Of a DNA stretch of 11,048 nt, positions 1-7,028 are shown one piece after another. Source of the DNA: Candidatus Rokuibacteriota bacterium (lineage in GTDB: Bacteria; Methylomirabilota; Methylomirabilia; Rokubacteriales; DASRDR01). The notes below the pieces were generated by a model, which was not told the DNA's origin, did not search any database, and was given only the letters and a program-made list of their open reading frames with translations. The position numbers and the translations under genes were made by a program. The first letter of the stretch is position 1. The number at the start of each line of letters is the position of its first letter. Location: the NCBI GenBank assembly GCA_044866005.1, contig JBIOTN010000221.1:1-11048 (forward strand). The letters run 5' to 3'.

Positions 1-2
1 CC

Positions 3-2864
3 AGCCCCACGCGCTTCTACAAGTCCCGGATCGCCTGGAACCCCGCGGATGCGGCCTGGAACCTCACCCTCAAGGACGGCACCGTCTACGTCCACGGGGA
101 CGTCGCGCCGGTCCAGGCCATCCGGGACCGCTTCGGGAACACCGTGACGATCACCCGCGCCAGCGGCGCCGCGGGCAACATCACCCGGATCACTTCGCCG
201 AACGGGCGCTGGATCACCTTCACCTACGACGCGAGCAATCGGGTCACCCAGGCCCAGGACAGCCTCGGCCGCACGGTCAGCTATACCTACGATGCGAGCG
301 GGCGGCTGGCCAGTGTCACGGACGCCGCGGGCGGCGTGACCGAGTACACCTACGACGCGAGCCACCGGATGCTCACGGTCCGGGACCCGCGCGGGATCGT
401 CTTCCTCACGAACGAGTACGATGCCAGCTGGCGGGTGAGCCGGCAGACGCAGCCCGACGGGACGACCTACCAGTTCGGCTACACGACGGATGGGAGTGGG
501 ATCATCACGCAGACCGACGTCACGGATCCGCGCGGCATCGTGCGGCGCCTCACGTTCAACGCGGACGGGCTGACGCTGACCGACACCCTCGCCGTCGGGG
601 GTCCGGAGCAGCAGACGATCACCTATGAGCGCGAGGCGGGCTCCAGTGTCGTCCTCGCCGCCACGGACGCGCTTGGCCGCCGGACCGCTTATGCCTACGA
701 CGACAAGCGGAACGTCACTAGCATGACCCGGCTGGCGGGGACAGCCGACGCCGTCACGACTACGTACGCGTACGAGCCGACGTTCAGTCAGGTCGCGAGC
801 GTGACCGATCCGCTGGGCCACACCACGAGCTTCGGCTACGACAGCAAGGGCGCCGTGGTCTCGGTCACCGACCCCCTCGGTCAGCAGACGACGCTGACCG
901 CGAATCTCGCCGGCCAGCCGACCTCTGTGCGGGATCCAATGGGCAACACCACCCTGCTTACCTACGACTTCGGCGACCTGGTTTCGGTTACGGATCCTCT
1001 GGGCAATACTACGCGCCGGTTCCTCGACGCCGGTGGCCGGCTCGCGAGCGCGACGGATCCCCTCGGGCGCATCACGCGCTACGAGTACGACGCGCTGAAT
1101 CGGCTCACGCGCGTGACCGATCCGGCGAGCGGCGCCACCAGCTTCAGCTACGACGGCAACGGGAATCTCCTCAGCGTCACCGACGCCCGCGGCAACGCGA
1201 CGAGTTACACCTACAACAGCATGGATCGCCTGGGCACGCGGACCGATCCGCTCCTTCGCTCGGAGAGCTATACCTATGACGCGAACGGCAACCTGAGTCA
1301 GTTTACCGATCGGAAGGGCCAGCTGACGACCTTCACGCACGACGGACTGAACCGCCGTGCGCAGGTGACCTATGCCGATCTTTCCACCAAGAGCTACACG
1401 TACGATGCCGGCAACCGGCTAACCGGCGTGACAGACTCCGTTGCTGGCACGATCAGCCGCGCCTACGACGGACTGAACCGCCTGACCCAGGAGGTGAGTC
1501 CGCAGGGTATCGTGTCCTATACGTACGACGCCGCGGGGCGGCGGACCGCCATGACCGTCGCCGGCCAGCCCACCGTCATCTACAGCTACGACAACGCCAA
1601 CCGCCTCGCGCAGATCACTCAAGGCACGGCCACGGTCGGCTTCGCCTACGACGCTGCGAGCCGCCGGGGTAACGTGACCCTCCCAAATGGGATCGTCGTG
1701 GAATCGGGCTATGATTCGGCGTCGCGCCTCACTAGCCTCACTTACAAGCTGGGCGCGAGCGTCCTCGGCACGCTAAGCTATGCCTATGACTCGGACGGCA
1801 ATCGGGCCCAGCTCGGCGGCACGTGGGCGCGCACCGGCCTGCCCGCGCCGGTCGGCTCAGCGAGCTACGACGCCGCGAACCAGCAACTCGCCCTAGCCGG
1901 CACCACGATGAGCTACGATTCGAATGGCAACCTGGCGACGCTGACCGACGCCTCGGGATTGACAACGTTTACCTGGGACGCGCGCAATCGGTTAAGCGGC
2001 TTGTCGGGCCCCGGAACGACAGCGACCTTCGCCTACGATGGCCTCGGCCGCCGCTGGACGAAGACTATCAATGGTGTGCGCACCGATTTCCTCTACGACG
2101 GCCTCAACCCATTGCAGGAACTTTCTGGCGGAACCGTCCTTGCGAACCTTCTGACCGGGCTCGGCATTGACGAATACTTCGTGCGCTCGGACGCCCTGGG
2201 TACGCGAAGCCTTCTCACCGATGCTCTTGGCTCGACGCTGGCGCTGACCGACGGGAGTGCTGCCGTGACGAGCGAGTACGCCTACGAACCCTTCGGCGGC
2301 ACCACTGCGACTGGTGCTGTCTCGACGAACTCCTTCCAGTTCACGGCCCGGGAGAACGACGGCACCGAGCTCTATTACTACCGAAATCGCTACTACAGTC
2401 CGCGGCTTGGAAGATTCGCAAGTGAGGACCCCGTCGAGTTTGCAGGCGGCTTCAACCCGTACGGATATGTCAGTAACAATCCGATGATCGCCACTGATCC
2501 GCTCGGGCTTACCCCGGTCATGATTGATCCGAACGCAGACCGCCCAGTCGGCTATAAGCCGGAAGGCGAAGACAACGTGATCCGGCTCTGCTGGCCGGGA
2601 CAAGTCTGCGACGCGGACGGCATCTATCCCCGGCAGTGCAACGGTTATCCATTCAAGATTGTGGATGGGTGTCCGGCATTTGTCCACGCAAGCGGTCAAA
2701 TCAATACCATGTGTCTAATTTACAATCCTCATGCACCTGACTGGCCCCGAGCTTTCCCAGGCTTGGGTCAGCTCTGGACTGGGGGCACCACGGACAAGAA
2801 ATTTCATGACCGGCACCCGGACTGGCCGCGGCCGCCGCGGAAGCCGGATTGCTCTTGCATTTGA
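3..2864 (+). CDS. rhs: Rhs/YD-repeat polymorphic toxin, 5'-truncated by the window edge
   Basis: The frame is open from position 3 (SPTRFYKSRIAWN...RDRFGNT) into the GTG at 144, so 144 is not the true start. It contains dozens of YD repeats (YTYDASGRLASVTDAAG, YEYDALNRLTRVTDP) and the Rhs-associated core (FQFTARENDGTELYYYRNRYYSPRLGRFASEDP...NP...DPLGL). Stop is TGA at 2862-2864. Confidence 0.96.
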   Translation, partial: SPTRFYKSRIAWNPADAAWNLTLKDGTVYVHGDVAPVQAIRDRFGNTVTITRASGAAGNITRITSPNGRWITFTYDASNRVTQAQDSLGRTVSYTYDASGRLASVTDAAGGVTEYTYDASHRMLTVRDPRGIVFLTNEYDASWRVSRQTQPDGTTYQFGYTTDGSGIITQTDVTDPRGIVRRLTFNADGLTLTDTLAVGGPEQQTITYEREAGSSVVLAATDALGRRTAYAYDDKRNVTSMTRLAGTADAVTTTYAYEPTFSQVASVTDPLGHTTSFGYDSKGAVVSVTDPLGQQTTLTANLAGQPTSVRDPMGNTTLLTYDFGDLVSVTDPLGNTTRRFLDAGGRLASATDPLGRITRYEYDALNRLTRVTDPASGATSFSYDGNGNLLSVTDARGNATSYTYNSMDRLGTRTDPLLRSESYTYDANGNLSQFTDRKGQLTTFTHDGLNRRAQVTYADLSTKSYTYDAGNRLTGVTDSVAGTISRAYDGLNRLTQEVSPQGIVSYTYDAAGRRTAMTVAGQPTVIYSYDNANRLAQITQGTATVGFAYDAASRRGNVTLPNGIVVESGYDSASRLTSLTYKLGASVLGTLSYAYDSDGNRAQLGGTWARTGLPAPVGSASYDAANQQLALAGTTMSYDSNGNLATLTDASGLTTFTWDARNRLSGLSGPGTTATFAYDGLGRRWTKTINGVRTDFLYDGLNPLQELSGGTVLANLLTGLGIDEYFVRSDALGTRSLLTDALGSTLALTDGSAAVTSEYAYEPFGGTTATGAVSTNSFQFTARENDGTELYYYRNRYYSPRLGRFASEDPVEFAGGFNPYGYVSNNPMIATDPLGLTPVMIDPNADRPVGYKPEGEDNVIRLCWPGQVCDADGIYPRQCNGYPFKIVDGCPAFVHASGQINTMCLIYNPHAPDWPRAFPGLGQLWTGGTTDKKFHDRHPDWPRPPRKPDCSCI
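2373..2510 (+). other. Rhs core-terminal autoproteolysis region ending in DPxGL
   Basis: Translation YYYRNRYYSPRLGRFASEDPVEFAGGFNPYGYVSNNPMIATDPLGL. Both conserved aspartates are present (EDP, D at 2427; DPLG, D at 2496). This is the established boundary between Rhs core and variable tip. Confidence 0.9.
2511..2864 (+). other. Rhs C-terminal tip, putative toxin domain of unknown family (117 aa)
   Basis: Follows DPLGL directly and has no YD repeats. Contains 7 Cys and 17 Pro. GC is ~58% by hand count versus ~69% in the first 300 nt of the gene. Confidence 0.8.
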
Positions 2865-3301
2865 GTACCCAGGCGACTCGGCAGAGGCGCTTGTGGACAT
2901 GGTTAACGATAATTCCGCTCTTTCTCTTCCTCGGAATTTTTGGGCCGTGGATTTTGCTCGGAGCTCTACCATGCGGTAGGTCTGCACCGGATGATTCTTG
3001 GTCGTCTGCCCTAGGGCAAAGCATTATCGGCTTACTGGTGTTGCTCGATAAGGCTGATCCTACGAGTTATGCGCCCAGTTACAACGAGCAAGTATTCCGG
3101 TCACTAAAAATCGGGATGACAGAGGAAGAAGTTCGTAATGGGCTTGGAGATCCCTTGTCGAAGAAGTTGTTCGAAGATGGTCGCTCAGCTTGGTATTACT
3201 CTGCGCCCAGCGAAAGGTCACAGAATTATCTTGCACGAGTCGTAATATTTTCAACACACGGTCGACTTCTTGAACGACACTCCGAGTGCTACTTAGACTG
3301 A
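2861..3301 (+). CDS. Putative cognate immunity protein: N-terminal membrane anchor plus SmpA/OmlA (BamE)-like domain
   Basis: TTG at 2861 overlaps the rhs stop (TTGA); in-frame alternative TTG starts are at 2849 and 2855. Basic RQRR precedes hydrophobic LWTWLTIIPLFLFLGIFGPWILLGAL, with a second hydrophobic patch IIGLLVLL. FRSLKIGMTEEEVRNGLGDP...WYY matches the SmpA/OmlA pattern. GC ~49% by hand count. Confidence 0.78.
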   Translation: MSTQATRQRRLWTWLTIIPLFLFLGIFGPWILLGALPCGRSAPDDSWSSALGQSIIGLLVLLDKADPTSYAPSYNEQVFRSLKIGMTEEEVRNGLGDPLSKKLFEDGRSAWYYSAPSERSQNYLARVVIFSTHGRLLERHSECYLD

Positions 3302-3391
3302 CGATTGCTCGTCAGGAGCATCGGCCCCGCTCGTAGCAGCGGCTCACGAGCTGGAAGAACAAGTTGGCGCCTTGCTGGTCGATCGGTACCC
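3301..3391 (-). pseudogene. istB: IS21-family helper ATPase IstB remnant
   Basis: The minus strand reads G-Y/(small deletion)/PIDQQGANLFFQLVSRCYERG/(1-nt deletion)/(P)MLLTSNR. This matches the IstB segment after Walker B (GYLP...ANLFFQL.SRRYERG...LTSN). No start codon, istA or IS ends are visible. Confidence 0.85.
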
Positions 3392-3451
3392 AGTCAGAGT
3401 GGGAGAAGTCGATAACTGCGGGAAAGCCAACTGAAGAGACGGCGCAGCTTC

Positions 3452-3711
3452 CTTCTCACGACGATCACCGACCCGCTCGGCCACGCGACGACGCTCACCT
3501 ACAATGCCGCCGGCCAGCCCACGTCCACTAACTAACGCCCCCTCGGTGTCACGACGCAGCTCACCCACGACGGCGGGAACCGGGTGAGCGTCAGCGACGC
3601 GCTCGGCAACACGACCCGGCGCTTCGTCGATGGCGGTGGCCGCTAGTGAGCCAAACCGACCGGCTCGGACGCGTCACCCGCTACGAGTACGACGCGCTGA
3701 AGAGGATCACC
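3452..3711 (+). pseudogene. rhs: Degenerate Rhs core fragment homologous to ~855-1109 of the upstream rhs
   Basis: Reads ITDPLGHATTLTYNAAGQPTSTN*RPLGVTTQLTHDGGNRVSVSDALGNTTRRFVDGGGR/fs/LVSQTDRLGRVTRYEYDALKRIT. There is an in-frame TAA at 3533-3535 and a 1-nt deletion near 3643. A 23-bp exact match links 1077-1099 and 3679-3701. Confidence 0.9.
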
Positions 3712-3771
3712 ACACCACCAGCTTCCCCGGTGACGACCGGACGGACAAAGACATTGCCTGAGCCTTCACAC

Positions 3772-4299
3772 CTAGGCGTCGGGCTGGCTGAAGCGGCGCG
3801 CGTTCCCCATGTGGGGCCACACGCGCGCCTGCACGTTGCCGAGCGCCTGCTTGACGTGGTTCCGGTCGTGATGGACCCACTCCTGGAGGAGGTCTCCGAT
3901 CGTCAGCTCGCCCACCTCCGGGTGCCGGCCCGAGCGCGCGAGGTCGGCCGGCCGGAGCGAGCGGACGAGCGCCACGCTCTCGTCGCGGAGCTGGCGGAAC
4001 TCGTCCCAGAGGCTCGGCCAGGGCCGCGCGCAGTCGCCCCGCGCGGCGACGACCGCCGCGGGGTCCCACCGCAGGAGCGCGGGCCGGTCGGTCGCGAGGA
4101 TCGTCCGGATCCGGCCCGCGAAGCCACGCTGCTCCGCCTCGACGAGATGGCCGAGGATCTCCTTCACGCACCACTCGCCCGGGGCCGGGTGCCACGCCGC
4201 CTCCGTGTCCCCCAGGGCGCGAAGCTCGGCCTCGAGGGTCACCGCCGACGCGGAGAGCAGCGCCGCGATCTCGGCCGGGCGGAGGGCGCCGGCGGTCAC
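3772..4299 (-). CDS. DinB/YfiT-like family protein (175 aa; putative metal-dependent enzyme or thiol transferase, not DNA polymerase IV)
   Basis: PAPGEWCVKEILGHL and WVHHDRNH give the His-triad pattern of the DinB superfamily. GTG at 4299 overlaps the opcA stop (GTGA). The upstream part of track ORF 3772..4992 is off-frame opcA sequence. Confidence 0.88.
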   Translation of the reverse strand: MTAGALRPAEIAALLSASAVTLEAELRALGDTEAAWHPAPGEWCVKEILGHLVEAEQRGFAGRIRTILATDRPALLRWDPAAVVAARGDCARPWPSLWDEFRQLRDESVALVRSLRPADLARSGRHPEVGELTIGDLLQEWVHHDRNHVKQALGNVQARVWPHMGNARRFSQPDA

Positions 4300-5390
4300 G
4301 CGCGCGACCCCGCCACGAGCGTCCCGAGCCGGCCCAGCGCCTCGCCGTAGCAGGCATCCCAGTCCGCCTGCTCGAGCCAGTGGCCGACGAGGGCGACCTC
4401 GTCGGGCTCCGAGTGCCGGATGACCCGGCGCTGGCTCACCCCGTCCGGCGCCTCGAGCGTCAGCGTGAGGGCGTCGCGGCCCTCCCGCCCGAGACGGCAC
4501 GTCAGCCGCTCGGCCGCGCTCTCGAGCCGGACGGCCGTGAGACCGGGGCCCGCGCCCCCCGCGGTGACGGCGACGGCGACGCGTCCGCCGGCCAGGCGGC
4601 CCGTCCACCCGCCGGCGCCGGAGGGGACGAGACCCGGGCCCGGGGACCAGCGGAGCGCGGCGTCGAGCCAGGCGACGAAGAGGAGCCCCACCATCCCGGC
4701 GCCGGCGCCGTGCTCCACGCGGACGGCGGAGAGCCCGCGGAGCGCCGGCCGGCGATCGGCGGGCTCGAAGCCGTCGGCGAGGCAGCCCCGCCAGGCGCGC
4801 GCTCGCTCCCAGGCCAGGTCGCCCACCGCGAGGGGCGCGCCCGCCAGACGGAGCCGCTCGGCCCAGTGCGGCAGCGCGCCGGGATCGAACCGGGCCCCGT
4901 CCAGGAGCACCGCGTCGAGGCTCGGCGCGAGCTGATCGAGCATCGCGGCGGCCGGGCCCGGACCGCCCCGCCACCACGCGATCGCCGTGCAATCGGGGAC
5001 GAACAGCACCGGGACGGCGCGGCCGACCCGCTCGACCGCGTCGCCGGCCGCCAGGATCACGACCTGCTCGGTACAGACCTGCATACTCGTCCCGATGGTC
5101 CGGCAGTGCACGCTGAGCCGGGCCTCCAGCCGGGCCGGCGCGTCGGGCTCGGCGCAGACGATCAGCACCCGCCCGGGATGCTGCGCGGTGACCTCGGCGA
5201 GCACCGCGGCGGCCTCCTGGCCGTCCCGCTCGCTCGGCGCGATGGCGACGAGGTTGAACGTCGCGGCGCGCAGGACGGCCTGACCCGCGGGCGCCGTCTC
5301 GGCGCTCGCCTTCCAGAGCCGTCCCAGAGCCTCCTCCACCGCGCCGAGCTCGTGGACCAGCACGCCCGCCTCCGGACGAGGACCGCTCAC
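4296..5390 (-). CDS. opcA: Glucose-6-phosphate dehydrogenase assembly/effector protein OpcA
   Basis: Directly downstream of zwf. Motifs RAATFNLV, QHPGRVL, HC...VCTEQV, PDCTAIAWWRG and DLAWER...WR are present. The start is inferred at GTG 5390 (alternative GTG 5411). Confidence 0.88.
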   Translation of the reverse strand: MSGPRPEAGVLVHELGAVEEALGRLWKASAETAPAGQAVLRAATFNLVAIAPSERDGQEAAAVLAEVTAQHPGRVLIVCAEPDAPARLEARLSVHCRTIGTSMQVCTEQVVILAAGDAVERVGRAVPVLFVPDCTAIAWWRGGPGPAAAMLDQLAPSLDAVLLDGARFDPGALPHWAERLRLAGAPLAVGDLAWERARAWRGCLADGFEPADRRPALRGLSAVRVEHGAGAGMVGLLFVAWLDAALRWSPGPGLVPSGAGGWTGRLAGGRVAVAVTAGGAGPGLTAVRLESAAERLTCRLGREGRDALTLTLEAPDGVSQRRVIRHSEPDEVALVGHWLEQADWDACYGEALGRLGTLVAGSRA

Positions 5391-5472
5391 AGCCGAACGC
5401 CGACCGGGCACAATGCCGCCGGCTCTGGGGGGGAGGCGGGCCCGATCCCTTCGCCTCTGAAGGTCACAGCCG
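5387..5472. repeat. 9-bp direct repeat (TCACAGCCG at 5387-5395 and 5464-5472) flanking a 68-bp structured spacer
   Basis: Both copies read CGGCTGTGA on the coding strand; one carries the zwf stop and the other the inferred opcA start. The spacer has an inverted repeat GAGGCG (5433-5438) / CGCCTC (5452-5457) and a G7 run (5427-5433). Confidence 0.7.
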
Positions 5473-7020
5473 CCGCCAGCGGCGGCCCTCCCGCTCGAGC
5501 AGCTCGTCGGCCTCGCGCGGCCCCCAGGTGCCCGCCTCGTAGTTGGGGAACTTCGGCGGGGGCCCCTGGGCCCAGGCCTCCTGGATCGGGGCGAGCACGC
5601 CCCAGGCCGCTTCCACCCAGTCCTCGCGGGCGAAGAGCGTCGGGTCGCCGCGCATGGCATCCAGCAGGAGCCGCTCGTAGGCCTCGGGGGTCGCGACGCC
5701 GAACGAGCGGCCGTAGCGGAAGTCCATGGTGACGGGGCGGATGCGGAAGTCCTGGACCGGCAGCTTCGCGCCGAACCGGATCGCGATCCCCTCGTCCGGC
5801 TGGATCCGCAGGACGAGGGCGTTCGGGAGAAGGCCCCCGGCGTGGGCGCCGAAGAGCAGGTGGGGCGGGCGCCGGAACTGGATGGCGATCTCGGTGACCC
5901 GCTTGGGGAGGCGCTTGCCGGACCGGAGGTAGAACGGCACGCCGGCCCAGCGCCAGTTGCCGACCTCGAGCCGCGCCGCGGCGTAGGTCTCCGTCGTCGA
6001 GCCCGGCGCGACCCCCGGCTCCTCGCGGTAGCCGCGGACCGGCTGGCCGAGCAGGGCGCCGGCCTCGTACTGGCCCCGGACGGCGACGCGGTCCACCTCC
6101 TCGCGCCGGATCGGGTGGAGGCCCTTGAGCACCTTGGTCTTCTCGTCGCGGACGTGCTCGGCGTCGAAGGTGACCGGCGGCTCCATCGCCACGAGGCAGA
6201 GGAGCTGGAGGAGGTGGTTCTGGACCATGTCGCGGAGGACGCCGGCCTCCTCGTAGTAGGCGCCGCGCTCCTCGACGCCGAGCGACTCGGCCACGGTGAT
6301 CTGCACGTGGTCCACGTGCGCGCGGTTCCAGAGCGGCTCGAAGATCGCGTTGGCGAAGCGGAGGACGAGGATGTTCTGGACCGTCTCCTTGCCGAGGTAG
6401 TGGTCGATCCGGTAGACCTGCGACTCCGCGAACGACTCGGCGACGATGGCGTTGAGCGCGCGGGCGGAGGCCAGGTCGCGGCCGAAGGGCTTCTCGATCA
6501 CGACCCGCCGATAGCCCGCGCTCCGTGGCCCGGCGCCGGCCGGCTGCGCCAACCCGGCCGCGCCGAGCGCGCGCACGATCGCCGCGTAGGCCGAGGGCGG
6601 TGTCGCCAGGTAGAAGAGGTAGCTGCCGCGCGTCCCGCGCTCGCGATCCAGCGCGGCCAGACGCGCCGCGAGCCGCGGGTAGCCCGGGGCGTCGTTGAAG
6701 TCGAGCGGCTCGTAGAAGAGCCCCTCGGCGAAGGCCTGCCACTCGACGGGGTCGGGCGGCCCGGTGCGCCCGTGCGCGGCGACCCCCTCGCGCATCTGGG
6801 CGCGGAACTCGGCGTCGGTCATCGGGCGCCGGGCGGCCCCGAGGACCGTGAGCCCGGGGCGGAGGCGGTGCTCGAGGGCGAGCGCGTAGAGCGCGGGCAG
6901 GAGCTTCCGGCGCGTCAGGTCCCCCGAAGCGCCGAAGATCACGACGATGCAGGGGTCGGGCGTGCGCTCGAGGTCCAGCTCCAGGCGGAGGGGGTTCGGC
7001 TCGAGCTCCGACGTCGGCAT
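5464..7020 (-). CDS. zwf: Glucose-6-phosphate 1-dehydrogenase (518 aa)
   Basis: Motifs [13 protein letters not shown] (dinucleotide binding), [47 protein letters not shown] and [10 protein letters not shown] at 7020 has GAGG upstream. The longer track ORF is a run-on through pgi in another frame. Confidence 0.98.
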   Translation of the reverse strand: MPTSELEPNPLRLELDLERTPDPCIVVIFGASGDLTRRKLLPALYALALEHRLRPGLTVLGAARRPMTDAEFRAQMREGVAAHGRTGPPDPVEWQAFAEGLFYEPLDFNDAPGYPRLAARLAALDRERGTRGSYLFYLATPPSAYAAIVRALGAAGLAQPAGAGPRSAGYRRVVIEKPFGRDLASARALNAIVAESFAESQVYRIDHYLGKETVQNILVLRFANAIFEPLWNRAHVDHVQITVAESLGVEERGAYYEEAGVLRDMVQNHLLQLLCLVAMEPPVTFDAEHVRDEKTKVLKGLHPIRREEVDRVAVRGQYEAGALLGQPVRGYREEPGVAPGSTTETYAAARLEVGNWRWAGVPFYLRSGKRLPKRVTEIAIQFRRPPHLLFGAHAGGLLPNALVLRIQPDEGIAIRFGAKLPVQDFRIRPVTMDFRYGRSFGVATPEAYERLLLDAMRGDPTLFAREDWVEAAWGVLAPIQEAWAQGPPPKFPNYEAGTWGPREADELLEREGRRWRRL

Positions 7021-7028
7021 CGGCGGCC

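Noticed and set aside
144..2400. Repetitive DNA in the rhs gene as a CRISPR array or tandem repeat
   Set aside because: The repeats are degenerate protein-level YD repeats within one frame, with no identical repeat-spacer structure and no cas genes.
1419..3257. Small alternative ORFs over rhs and the immunity gene (e.g. 1992..2699 -, 2701..3024 -, 3060..3257 -)
   Set aside because: Antisense or off-frame to better-supported genes, with no motifs and no evidence of independent function.
2861..3301. Calling this gene the housekeeping bamE lipoprotein
   Set aside because: ALPC is not a canonical lipobox, the Cys is far from the start, GC is foreign, and the gene is coupled to an rhs tip. Only the domain pattern is shared.
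3302..3351. Hairpins after the immunity gene (TGCTC/GAGCA; GCTCGT/ACGAGC) as a terminator
   Set aside because: No U-tract follows, and the sequence is explained as istB coding remnant.
3712..3771. Short hairpin CCGGT-GACG-ACCGG (3727-3740) and GACA (3750-3753) as a terminator or IS21 end
   Set aside because: The stem is only 5 bp with no U-tract. There is no matching partner end and none of the internal repeats expected of IS21 termini.
3646..4350. 234-aa + strand ORF starting with Rhs-like sequence, resembling an orphan Rhs-toxin module
   Set aside because: Only the first ~22 codons are Rhs relic. There is no DPxG motif and most of the rest is antisense to the DinB-family gene.
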